Part shown: positions 1 through 12,948 of the stretch, piece by piece
Layout of the letters: every line of letters starts with the position of its first letter
Position numbering within the stretch: position 1 is the first letter of the stretch
NCBI RefSeq assembly: GCF_006345805.1
Contig: NC_043013.1
Span: 5,580,001 to 5,644,000, forward strand
Origin: Octopus sinensis
Taxonomy: Eukaryota
Length of the DNA: 64,000 bases
Direction of reading: 5' to 3'
Program-made: the position numbers and the translations under genes
The notes under the pieces: generated by a model
The model's input: the letters and a program-made list of their open reading frames with translations, nothing else
Told to the model about the DNA's origin: nothing
Database searches by the model: none

Positions 1-892
1 CATGACCAGAAAGAAGTGGGAAAGAGAATGGGAGAACATTACAACGTCTGCCAGCATTGAATCAGCCGTTACCAAATAGACAGCACTGAAACTATCATCA
101 TCATCATTTAACATTTGCTTTCGATGCTGGCATGAGTTGGACGGTTTGACAGGGGCTGGCTAGGCAGAATGCACCAGGCTTCCCTATCTGTTTTGGCAAT
201 ATTTTTATGGTCGGATGCACTTCCTAACACCAACCACTCTGCAGAGTGGATGGAGTGCTTTTTACGTGGCACCAGCAGAGGTGAGGTCAGTTTTGGCATG
301 TTTTTAATTTTAGAGTTGGATGCCCTTCCAAATGCCAACCACATGGCACCAGCACTGATAGGGTCTCTGAGTAACTTCCAAGACAAAGATCCTCTGTTGG
401 ATAACATGCTCTTGGGGTCAGTGTGCCTGAGTAAAACACAGGCCTGGTTGGTGCTAGAGATATCTTTGACCATAGGTTTCTTTTTAATCAAGGCTAACCT
501 AGGGCTAAATAACAAGAATAGCAGCAATAGCTTGTTTTTATTTATTTTTTTTATGAATATTCACTGCACTTGCAGAGTCCCTTGCCCCTAACCATTCTCC
601 TATCCAAGGCAATTTACATTCTGGATGGTCATGGTCATGGTGGTGGTGACAGGGAGAGGAGGAGGACTGAAAAATAAACAGATGACAGCGATGCTCCAGC
701 ATGGCTGTAGCTCTGGAGCTGATACTAGTTAAAGAGTTACAGAGATGAGATGTTTTTAGCGGTTACCCTCTCCAGTTGTTAACACTCCCTTATCACTCCC
801 TTCTGCTAGGGGACTAAACTGATTTACCTCCTCCCCACCATCCCCACCTACTACCTGTCATTTGTTTTACATTAAATCAATTCTTATCTAAG

Positions 893-1218
893 ATGACAAA
901 TGACAACTTTCTCTTTGATATTTTCACCTCCAACCTTCATCCACTACAAACAACACTACCACTACCACAACTACAAACACCACCAACATCACTACTACCA
1001 CAAACACTACCGCTGTCATTATCACAATGGCTACCACTACCACGAACACCAACACCACAACCACTGCCATTATCACAACTGTAAACACTACCAATACCAC
1101 CACCACCACCACAACAACCACCAACGCCTCCACCACCACAAATACCACCACAAACACCACTGCTATTGTAATCACAGTCCACCACCACAAACACCACCAC
1201 CACCACTACCATCACCAC
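893..1218 (+). repeat. Degenerate (CAC/CAA/TAC)n trinucleotide array
   Basis: Direct inspection; source of His/Thr/Val-rich spurious ORFs. Confidence 0.9.
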
Positions 1219-1708
1219 TTGACTTTTTACTGATAAAATATCTTTATCCTGACCTAGTTAACCCCTAACATTAGCTTTGCATCCTGGGGGGTGGTTTTAT
1301 GAGGGATGGAATTCATACTGTGAGATATATTTTCAATGGTTTTTATTCATAAGAATTATTCCAGAAAATGTTATCTCTTCTTTTTTATTAGTTCTTTTTT
1401 CATTTTTTTTTTTTGTCTTTTTCTACTTGTCTTTACTAATGCTACTTAAAGACTTTTCCACCCACCTCACAGATTAAAGAAGGATTCCCAGGAGCTCCAT
1501 TGAGCAAAATATCTTTTATCATTCTTTAATTTCTCTCAAACCCTAGGAACAAAAAGACCAGTTTACCTGGTTTCTTTGGCATAAAAGTAATTAAGATCAC
1601 AACATTTCCCCTGAATGGGATGCTGGTTTTGTTGAAGGGTTCAAGGCCAGTAATTTTGAGGGGAAGGGACAAGTCATTATCATCATCATCATCATCACCA
1701 TTATTTAA

Positions 1709-2095
1709 CCCTTTCATTACTAACCTGGCTGAAACCAATTCTGGCTCTGTAGTACAAATGTCTTGTTTTCATAAGTTTTAAATTAAAATCTTCCACTAAA
1801 CTTTAGTCACAATTTATGTTCTTAACACTAGCTAAATGATAACTAAGTTATTTTACTAAATTCTTTGTTATATTTAAAGTAATTGAAAGAAATACAGAGC
1901 ATCTCAACAGAAATATGGTAACAAAAGGGTTAACAAATGATTAATTTAACCCTTTCAATACCAACTCGTCTGAAACCACCTCTGGCTCTGTAGTACAAAT
2001 GTCTTGTTTTCAAAAGTTCTGAATTAAAATCTTCCACCAAACCTTAGTCACAATTTATGTTCGTAACACTAGCTGAATGATATTTTACTAAACTG
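1709..2095 (+). mobile_element. piggyBac-type MITE family A: full copy 1709-1929 plus partial copy from 1950
   Basis: TTAA|CCCTTT ... AAAGGG|TTAA ends; shared internal sequence CTCTGGCTCTGTAGTACAAATGTCTTG. Confidence 0.8.
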
Positions 2096-3501
2096 ATTAT
2101 ATCAACCCCAGGGCTGAACTGGTACCTATTTTATCATCCCTGAAAGAATGAGAAGCAAAGTCAATCTTAGCACAGAATTTGGACTCAGAACTTAAAGATC
2201 ATCTTCACCATCACCACCTCCTCCTCTTGTTGTTGTTGTTGTTGTTCCAACAAGGCCAGCTTTGCCTTTCATCCTTTTGGGGTTGATAAATTAAGTACCA
2301 GTGAAGCACTGGGGGGTCAATGTAATTGACTAGTCCCCTTGTGCCTATGGTAGAATAGATTATTATTATATTATTATTATTATTATTATTATTATTAAGG
2401 TGGCAAACTGACAGAATTGTTAGTTTGCCGGATAAAATGCTTAGCATTTTATGTTCTGAGTTTAAATACTACCAAAGTCAACCTTGCCTCTTTCAAGTAC
2501 CAGTTGAGCATTGGGGTTAATGTAATCAACTTTTCCCTGCCCCGAGTTTACTGACCTTGTGCCAAAATTTGAAATCATTATTAAGGCAGCAAGTTGGCAG
2601 AAACATTACTGCATCAGACAAAAAGGCTTAGTGACATTTCATCCAGCTCTTTACATTCCTGAGTTCAAATTCCACTGAGGTCAACTTTAGCTTTCATCCT
2701 TCTGGAGTCCATAAAATAGTATACCAGTCAAGTCCTGGGATTGATGTAATCATCTAAACCCTGCCCCTAAAATTGTTGTCTTTGTGCCAAAATTGAGGCT
2801 ATTAAAAGTGGTGAGCTGGCAGAGTTGTTAGTGTATGTCCTACAAAATACTTAGAGGCATTTCTTTTAATTTCTTAACACTCAGAGTTGAAATACTACGT
2901 GAGGTCAATTCTGCCTTTCATTCTGGAGTTAATAAAAATGATCTACCAGTCTAATGATTGGGCTGATATAATTGCTTATTCCTAGTGTCTGTCCCCCAAC
3001 ACACACAAAATTTAGGCTTTGTGTCTGTGTAAGATATTGGAGTAATAGGATTGTTAGAGCATTGGGCCAAAATGCTTGAGGCTATTTTAATCCTTTTCAT
3101 ACTAGCCTACTTGAGACCACCCTTGGTTCTATGATGCAAACCTCCTGGTTTAACCTCTTAACATATCTCGTATATTTTTGTTCAAAGTTCACTAGTAAAT
3201 ATATATTTGAAGGAAAATATATGTTCACTGTACCCTGGGGTATCTGTCACTTATTTCTAACCCAAAATACTTTGTTCATGATATTATCCGTCTTTTCTAT
3301 CAGTAACTTCATAATAAATCGTAACTGATCCAAAATAATTTATGTACTTATTCTTCCTTATATACAGATACACAATAAATGATGAAAAAAAAAATTTTTT
3401 TTTGCATGGAAATTGAAAGAAAATGTCTGTTAAGAGGTCAAAATGATCTAAATGACCTCCCGTCAGAATTTCATGTTAATTTGTTTCAAGCACCAGCTTA
3501 A

Positions 3502-3724
3502 CCCTTCCATTACCAACCCGGCTGAAACTGGCTCTGGTTCTGAGTACAATTGTCTTGTTTTCAAAAGTTTTGAATTAAAATCTTCCACCAAACCTTAATC
3601 ACAATTTATGTTCCTAACACTAGCTTAATGATAGTAACTAAGTTATTTTACTAAATTCTTTGTTATATTTAAAATAATTGAAAGAATCACAGAGCATCTC
3701 ATAATAAATACAGTAACGAAAGGG
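3502..3724 (+). mobile_element. piggyBac-type MITE family A
   Basis: TTAA TSD at both ends; homologous to 1709-1929. Confidence 0.8.
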
Positions 3725-4079
3725 TTAATAATGGTTTGAGGTTTTGGTACAAGGCCAGGAATTTCAGGAGTGGGGATAGGTCAATTATATTGACTCCAGT
3801 GCTCAACTGGTACTTATTTTATTGACCCCGGATAGATGAAAAACAAAGTCAACCTCAGTGGAATTTGAACTCTGAAGATAAAGACTGAAAAAATGCCGCT
3901 AAGCATTTTGCTAACAATTCTGCCAGCTCACTGCCTGAAACACCAGCTTTATACCGATGAAATCATTTTACTAAATTCTTCACTATTTTCAAAATTAACT
4001 CCTACAAAGACATTGCATTCCAACAGAAGTATAGTAACGAAAGGGTTAATGTTAGCACCTTAAGCACCTTTTTGAACTC

Positions 4080-4290
4080 CATGTGTCTAACTCACGTGGG
4101 CGTGCCTACAAAGTCAGAAAACTGCACAGCTCCCATGACTTTTCGAAACATGTTTTTACACTCAAAGTTGCTGAAGCATGGAACAAATTACCTGCATCAG
4201 TTGTTAGTTGCCAAGACATTGCATCCTTTAAAACTGCCATGCTTCCTCAAATTTGCCAACACTACACCTGATATCCCCCCTCCATACACA
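4080..4290 (+). mobile_element. CR1/L2-type LINE 3' fragment
   Basis: SRGRAYKVRK...VFTLKVAEAWNKLPASVV...FK matches the typical CR1 C-terminus. Confidence 0.75.
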
Positions 4291-4771
4291 TACACACAGG
4301 TATATCATGACTCTTACACTGTTCACTTACCTGACTTTTGTACATAATTCTATGTATTGTATGTGCACCTTTGATGAGTTGTGGTGCACCTGAGTATAAT
4401 ACACAATAATTTCATTATTTTCATTAGCCGTTTCAAGGACATACATTATATACAACTCAAGTTGACAGTGGTAGGAATTGAACCCCTAACCTCCTAATTT
4501 ATTTGTCTACCACCATCCGTTACCTCTAACTTTTCTTCCCTCAACATATGCTTGTTATTGTTATTAATTAATTTACATATAATGAACAGCTTCAACAATG
4601 TGACTTACATATATGTGTATATGTGTATGCATATTCGTGTGTAACTATATATGGATAAATATGTCTATAACTATGTGTGTAAATATGTCTATAACTATGT
4701 AAGTGTGTGTGTGTGTGTGTAAAACTATGTGACTGACTATAAAGAATATGTGCTTCTCTGTCTTTGTGTAG

Positions 4772-4843
4772 GTATCAGCTGAGTTTCAAAGAGATCCTTA
4801 CATATGAAAATGCTGACCCGGACGATAATGAAATGCTTGAAAA
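4772..4843 (+). CDS. PDK: PDK coding exon A (72 bp, phase 2/2)
   Basis: gtgtag|G TAT CAG CTG AGT TTC ... GAA AA|gtaagt; encodes [23 protein letters not shown]. Confidence 0.88.
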
Positions 4844-5417
4844 GTAAGTATGACGTTTGGTTTTAATTAACATTGAACACATGTACACACACATACATCC
4901 GTACATACATACATGTATAAACATAGATACCACACATACACTCACATACACAGATATTCACACATACACAACATACAGATGTATAAACATGAGTTCACAC
5001 ATCATGCACACACACACACACTCACACACACACACATTCTCATGTCTCATTGTTTCCACATTAAAATTACTCCCTCCATACACAACCAACTTCTCTTTTG
5101 CACCATTCAGTCTCTCTCCTTCTCTCTCCCCTTCTCTCTTTCTCTCTCTCTTTCTTTCACACACTCACACACCTGCATGCATTTATATATACACATCCAT
5201 GTAACACACACACACGCGCAGATACATGGCTGGGTAGCCATGTATCTGCTCTCATTCTTGATCACTCTCTCTCCTTCTCTTGTTTTTCCTCTAAGTAACC
5301 AAGTATCTCCTTTACATCATCATCAGTACACCTGTTTCTGTCCCTGCTCTTCTTTCTCTCTCTCTCCATCTCTCTCTCTCTCCCTTTCTCTCTCTCTCTC
5401 CTCTCTCTCTCTCCCTT

Positions 5418-5472
<55 letters not shown>

Positions 5473-8400
5473 GGTAACCATGTACCTCCTCTACAGTAAG
5501 ACACCTGTTTCTGTCTCTCTGTCACACTCTAACCTTTCATCTTCTGACACAAGATCCCCTCCTCCAATGCCCCCCACCACCACCGCCACTCTCAAAATTC
5601 CTTGTTTTGCAAGTTATGATGTGACCCTTATGGTGCTGGTGCCACAGAAAAGTATCCAACCCGCACTGTAAAATGGTTGGCATTTGGAAGGGCATCCAGC
5701 TGTAGAAACCATGCCAAGTCTGACTTCCCCTATGCTGGTGCCACATAAGCACTCAGTCCACTCTGTAGAGTGGTTGGTATTAGGAAGGGCATCCAGCCAT
5801 AGAAACCCTGCCAAAACAAAAACAGTAGCCTGGAGTAGTCTTGTACCTGGCTGGCCCCTGTCAACTATCTTACTCATGCAAGCATGACAGACAGATGTTA
5901 TACGACGATGATAATGATATATGTATAGATATATAGATATATGGATATACACATTCACACACACACACACATACACACACATGTATAATCGAGGGGATTT
6001 ACTACTTGTCAGACACCCTAGTATATACCAACAATGTACAATTCAATGTAACACATGCTTTGCACCAGCCTCTAGGGGCTAGATATTCATAGGGTTGGTT
6101 TTCTCTGTGTACACACCGAAATATCCTATTCAATACCTACCAACCATAAGCTGGAACCACAGCTTTATCCAACCTTACCTGATATGCCCCTACCTGGGGC
6201 ATATCTTTCCAAGTACCTGATTCTATCTGAATCCTTATTTTATATATATACATGACGGGATTCTTTCAGTTTCCATCTACCAAATCCACTCACAAGGCTT
6301 TGGTCAACCCAAGGTGCCAAGCAGTGGGACTGAACCCGGAACCATATGGTTGGTACACAAGCCACTTATCACACAGCCACTACTGTGCCTAATATATATA
6401 TATATTTCTTTATTGCCCTCAAGGAGCTAAACATAGAGGAGACAAACAAGGACAGACAAAGGAATTAAGTCGATTACATCGACCCCAGTGTGTAACTGGT
6501 ACTTTATGTTTTCGACCCCGAAAGGATGAAAGGCAGAGTCGACCTCGGCGGAATTTGAACTCAGAACGTTGCGGCAGACGAAATACTGCTAAGTATTTCG
6601 CCCGGCGTGCTAACGATTCTGCCAGCTCACCGCCTTATATGTATAGGCGCAGGAGTGGCTATGTGGTAAGAAGCTTGCTTCCCAACTACAATGCTTTGGG
6701 TTCAGTCATACTGCATGGCACCTTTAGGTTCAGTCGCACTGCATGGCACCTTGGGCTGACCAAAACCTTGTGAGTGGGTTTGGTAGATGGAAACTGAAAG
6801 AAGCCCGTCGTATATATATATGTGTGTGTATGTATGTATATATTTGTGTGTTTACGACCCCGTAACTTAGTGGTTCAGCAACAAAAACCGATAGAATATT
6901 TACTAGGCTTACAAAGAATAAGTCCTAGGGTCGATTTGTTCGACTAAAGGCGGTGCTCCAGCATGATCACAGTCAAATGACTGAAACAAGTAAAAGAATA
7001 TATACATATATACTGTTCTTATTTTGCAAATGGACGGCTTCACCTGCTTGTTAGACGTACTGCTTAAGGGGACCGTATATAATTACTCGTAGTATATGAA
7101 TTCTTGGCCATATGGTTGGTTATCTGAAGCCATTAGCATTCAGCCACGTGTTTTTCATATGAAACTATATGGAACAGGAATGCCCCTGGTGTTAAATCTA
7201 TTTCACCGGGCCTGATCTGGGGTAAACAACAACAAAAAGATTGCCTCCTCTTCTCTTATTTCATGGTCAGCTGATCAACAGAAAGAAGGGCATCGGCCAA
7301 CAGAGCTGGTCTTAATTTGGCATCTGGTAACTAGGATACATGCTCTAGTGCAGTGATTCTCAATTGCAGTTCTCGGGGCTGCATGTTACCCTTGAGCATC
7401 CTTCCAGCAGCCCCTGACAGTCTTCCCTCTATAAATATAATAAATTTTTCTTTAATTGACTTGCATTTTATTTATTTATTTACTTTTGTGAAGCCCCCTA
7501 CAAAAATCCAGGGTTTGAATCCTTCCTGGATATTAAAAAGTTTGAGAACCATTGCTCTAGAGGCAAATATTATTTCAAAAAATCAATAATTTTTATTGTA
7601 TGATATTTAATATACCTGTATTTGCCTATGTTGTTCAAATACATGCCACTGGTCACTCTGAATTATTTCTCTTGTTTTATTTTTATTAAATTATGCAAAT
7701 TACCTAGGCCATAAATTTTTTCTGCTTTTTTTATATATAAGTCCAAGTATTTTGGCTGCTGGAGACATGGTTGAACAATTGTCATGCTGATGACAGTTAT
7801 TGAGCCTGAAACGTGTGCCCACAACAGTCCCCTTAGTCCTTTTCTTCAATGATATGTCATCTCTGGAGAATTCTTGATGCTTAAGTGTGTCTCCTCTTCT
7901 CATATAGAGCTGGATTTAATGGCCTTTTAATTATATGTGAAGGTGCTTGGCTTAGTAGTTAGGTTAAAGGCTAATCATAATGTCATGATCATAATGTCAT
8001 GAGTTCAATTCCTGGTGATGCCCTGGCCCTGTGTCCTTGAACAAGACACTTTATTTCACGTTGCTCCAATAAACTCAGCTGGCAAAGATGAGTTGAACCT
8101 GTGTTTCAAAGGGCCAGCCTTGTCACTCTCTGTGTCGTGCTGAATCTCCCTGAGAACTACATTAAGGGCGCACATATCTGTAAAGTGCTCAGCCACATGA
8201 ACGTTAATTTCAGGAGCAGGCTGTTCCATTTACCAGTTCAACTGGAACCCTCGTAATTGTAATCAATAGAGTCCCAATTACGATACATCCTTTACAGATG
8301 GAGATGATTTTAATAAATCAATAATTTATATTGTATGATATTTACTATACCTAGATTTGTTGTTCATATACCCCCTGGCTGATCCGAGCTGTTTCTCTTC

Positions 8401-10255
8401 AATCATTTTTGTTTAATTTATGTAAATATAACTGCTTCAACAAAAGGAAAAAAAAAGAAGAAAGAAATGGATGTAAAATGCTATAAAAAGCTGAGCAAAA
8501 CTTAGGAATTTCGTCCAGTCATGACTTCAGAAGCTTGTTTAGTTCCGTTCCTTTAGGCTAGTTTAGCCAACAAAATAGTTTTCCTGTCTAGTTCCATGTT
8601 TTTATTTATAGGTAACTAGTGAAATATTTTCCTGTCTAGTTGTGTTATTTTTTTATAGTTAACCAATAACTCATAGATTCTATTAAGTGTGTTGAAAATG
8701 TTTTGGCAAGAAATACTGATAGCCACATTCTTTCTTTTTTTTTTAAGTTAAATGCCAAAAATGTTGAAAATCTTGTAGTTGTTATTGAAATATCATCAAA
8801 GAACTGAAATCAAAAACCATGAAAAAATTGATTTAAAAAAAAGCAAAAGACAAAGGAACTTTCCTTTTTAACCCCTCTTCGAAAGTAGACCCTATTGATA
8901 TTATTATAATATTTGTTTCAAATTTTGGCACATGGCCAACAATTTGGGGGGTGAGCAATAATCAACCCCAGTACTTAACTGGTACTTATTTTATCAACTC
9001 CGAAAGAATGAAAGGTAAAGACAACTTTGGCAGAATTTGAACTTAGACCATACAGACAGATGAAATGCTGCTAAGCATTTTGCCTGGCGTGCTAACAACC
9101 CTGCCAGCTTGACATCTAAATGATTATTAATTCAATCATCAAGCCTCTAATTTAATTAATGAAATTTAAGACTCATCAAAACTATATGTTCACTTTCCAC
9201 TTCAGTGGGGGCACAAAGACCTTAACATTTTCATCAGCAAAAGAAAAGAGGTTTTGTGACATTCATTTATATTTCTAGGCTATGAGTGAGTGGCATAAGT
9301 ATCCTCCTCCTCCTCATCATCATCATCATCATCCACTTCTCCATGCTGGTATGAGTTAGACATGATTTGTTGAGGCAGGTTTTCAATAGCTGTATGCCCT
9401 TCATGTCACCAACCTTTCACCTGTTTCCAAGCAAGGTAATATTGTCCCCCTGGCCAGACATGTTTTCATGGAAAACTAGAAATGAACAACACTGCATGTA
9501 TGACAGTGACACTCACTTACAACCATCACATGATATCAGTTTTGGTCAGTCTGAGGCTATGGCAGGAGAAGCTTGCCCAAGGTACCATACAGTGGGACTG
9601 AACCCCAAACCATAAGACTAGGAAGCAAACTTCTTCGCCACACAGCCACTCCTTCCTCCACATACAAAGTGAAGTGACATAAATTTAAACCAGGAATCAA
9701 AAACCTCATTACAAATTCCACAGTCCAAGAGTTGTGCCACAACACTTGTCGTTGTCATCCTCATCGTCCACTTCTCCATGCTGGTATGAGTTAGACATAA
9801 TTTGTTGAGGCAGGTTTTCAATAGCTGGATGCCCTTCATGTCACCAACCTTCACCTGTTTCCAAGCAAGGTAATATTCCCCCATGGAAAACTGGCAATGA
9901 ACAAGCCTTTTATTGATGCCTTCACACTTTCAACTCTTCTTTCTGTTTTCCCTTTTATTTCAAGAACTCTTTCAATTGATTATCAATTCCTCTCATAACC
10001 TGACATTAAAATAATCTGATTTTTTATCTTCATCACGACTGCTATCATTGACATTTTGTCTTTGTTGTTATTTCATTTGTTGGACTTGGGTGGAAGGGGA
10101 AGTGGCCCATAATTAACCCTGTTTCACCATTCTCACCTCACTAATGATACTCCTTTTTATTTTTATTTGTCTCTCCCCCCACACCGTTTAAAAATCAGCT
10201 GATGAACATTGTGTGTGTATTTGTCTATGTATACATCTATGTGTGTGTATATATC

Positions 10256-10289
<34 letters not shown>

Positions 10290-12907
10290 CTTACATGTGC
10301 GTGTGTGTGTGTGTGTGTGTGTATAAGATGGTTTAGGAAGACAGTATAAGCAAGATGGTTTAGGAAAGCAGTGTAAGCAAGACAGCATTGGCAAGACTGT
10401 ATTCAGATTACTCTGTCAAATGCAGTGCTTATTTATTCAAATTGCTTTGAATTGACCATGCATTATCTCATAGCTTTGAAGTTAAGATGATGTGTGATTG
10501 TTTATTTTTGAATCACATTGCAGGATAGGTGTAAGAGGCTGGATCTGGCCAGTTTGAACAGAAAAATATCTGGGCTGGCTATGGCTGGTTTGAATGCTAA
10601 AGTGTTAAAAGGAAACTGGCTCTTCCCTCTAACTTGTACTAATTTTTTTAATTAACTTTGAAAAAAATGAAAAAACACTAAGCCAGCTCTCTTGCATTTA
10701 CCCAGAGGGATTTTAACTCAAGCAGGCTTGTAAAAGGATGGAACTGAATACCACTAGGCATTCTTCCTGGTATTCTACCAATCCATCTGAAAATGCCACT
10801 CGGCATTTTCTCTGATGATCTACCGATTCTGCTAATCCAAGTGATATTTCACCAATTCTAACAATTTCAGCTGATAATAATAATTGGTTCCTTTTGCAGG
10901 GCGACCATCTCGTTTCATTTAATTAATTTCGCAGACAAGATATATTTCTTTGTGATATTTATAGATTCTATATTTATTCCCAGCCCAATATAGTGGCAGC
11001 AATTTTTTTCTTTTGTGTGTGTGTGAGTGAGAGAGAGAGAGAGAGAGAGAGATTCTAACAAAGTCTGATTTTCACTTGAGAGAATTTGATTGATTACAGT
11101 ATTTATCTATCTATACACAATTTTACAAACTCTGAGCTATATATATAAAATTTCATTTTCATTTTCTTTATATGCCATCTTTTTCATCATCGTGTGTGTG
11201 TGGAACCTGAATGTTAAATGATGATGTTGTTATATCTGTGTATGTGTGTAAAACAATAAAATGAATGACAGCTGACACAATTAAACTTCGAGTTATTTGG
11301 GTAAATTTTCTAGGTTTTGATTTTTTTTTAAGGAGCAACACAAATTATGTTTAGAACGTTGCTTTTTATAGAAATATCTATGGCCATTGAAACTGGTTCA
11401 AAGATATTGTAACATCTTAAGTTATATCAAAATTCTTCAGGTTTAGAAAACCCAAGTATAACAACAGTAAGATTGTTGTGTAGGTGTAGGAAATTGTAAA
11501 ATATAATCCAAACAAGAAGATAAAAAATTACTTTAACACATCTTCAATAATCAGTTACAAATGTTTCTGTACCAACTCTGCTTTCAGTGCCAGTTCATGC
11601 TAAAAATACCAAGTGAATATTTAGGCTTTAAACATTAGAGTGGCACTTCTTCAGACCTGCATCTTGGCGAAATGATTATTTCAATAGGAAGATAACATCT
11701 GAATGATATTTACACTAGGCTGTGTGGTAAGTAGCTTGCTTACGAACCACATGGTTCCGAGTTCAAGTCCCACTGCGTGGAACCTTGCGCAAGTGCCTTC
11801 TACTATAGCCTCAGGCCGACCAAAGCCTTGTGAGTGGATTTGGTAGACGGAAACTGAAAGAAGCCTGTTGTATATGTGTGTATATATATATATGTATGTA
11901 TGTGTATATGTTTGTGTGTCTGTGTTTGTCCCCCCAACATCGCTTGACAACCGATGCTGGTGTGTTTATGTCCTCGTAACTTAGCGATTTGGCACAAGAG
12001 ACTAATAGAATAAGTACTAGGTTTACAAAGAATAAGTCCTGGGGTCGATTTGCTTGACTAAAAGGTGGTGCTCCAGCATGGCCACAGTCAAATGACTGAA
12101 ACAAGTAGAAAACTAAAGAGTAATTACAACTGTATTGCAGTTGCTACAGCAATTCCACAGTCAAATGAGTGAAGCAATTAAAAGATATGCAGTAAGATAA
12201 CATACAAGTAAAATAACACACACACACACACACACGTGGTAGTGCTGAAAAGTTCATGGGTTTTGATAAAAGAAAATACAGGGTTATCAATGTGGCCAAT
12301 GCCAGTGACCCACTGACTGGCTCTCATGCCGGTGGCACATAAAAAGCACCAACCAAACGTGGCCAATACCGGAACGTCCCTGACCCCCCCCCCCCAACTG
12401 TGTATCAGGGCTCATTCTTTGCCATTTACAATCTCATTAATTGCATGCTCTCTGTTCCCCAGTTCTGCTCCACAGAACCCATACAAGTTTATAACTGGCA
12501 TAATTTTAACCATGTAATCTAATTGTGTGTCAGCTGTTTTTTAGTTTATTGTGATACAATAAATGCTTCTCTTGTGTATTGAGTACTACATGACTGTTTT
12601 GTATTTGTAAGTTAGCTGATGGAAGTTATATAATATATATATATATATTATATATATATATATATTGGTTGGACTGCTAGCATGAAAAACTGATGTAAAA
12701 TGATGATAGTTAGATTGTGTGTGTATGTGTATTCCACTACAGTCTACATTTAATTAATTTTAGTTAATTAAAGTCTCGAGATTGTCTTCCATTTTTTTTA
12801 CCAGAATTTGTCATACAGAAAATATTGCCCTTAACAGTAAAAGATAATTTCAATTAAATTTTCTTGCTTAATAACACTAAGTCTTTTGGCACTCATATTA
12901 CTATCTA

Positions 12908-12948
<41 letters not shown>

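Noticed and set aside
893-1268. His-, Thr- or Val-rich ORFs on both strands
   Set aside because: Products of a trinucleotide array; no splice context or domain
1-4771. Search for the upstream PDK exons (transit peptide, ELPVRLAN region)
   Set aside because: No matching exon seen; they probably lie 5' of the window
4857-5671. 252-aa and 115-aa ORFs
   Set aside because: They run through (CA)n and (TC)n microsatellites and a repeat tail; not protein-like
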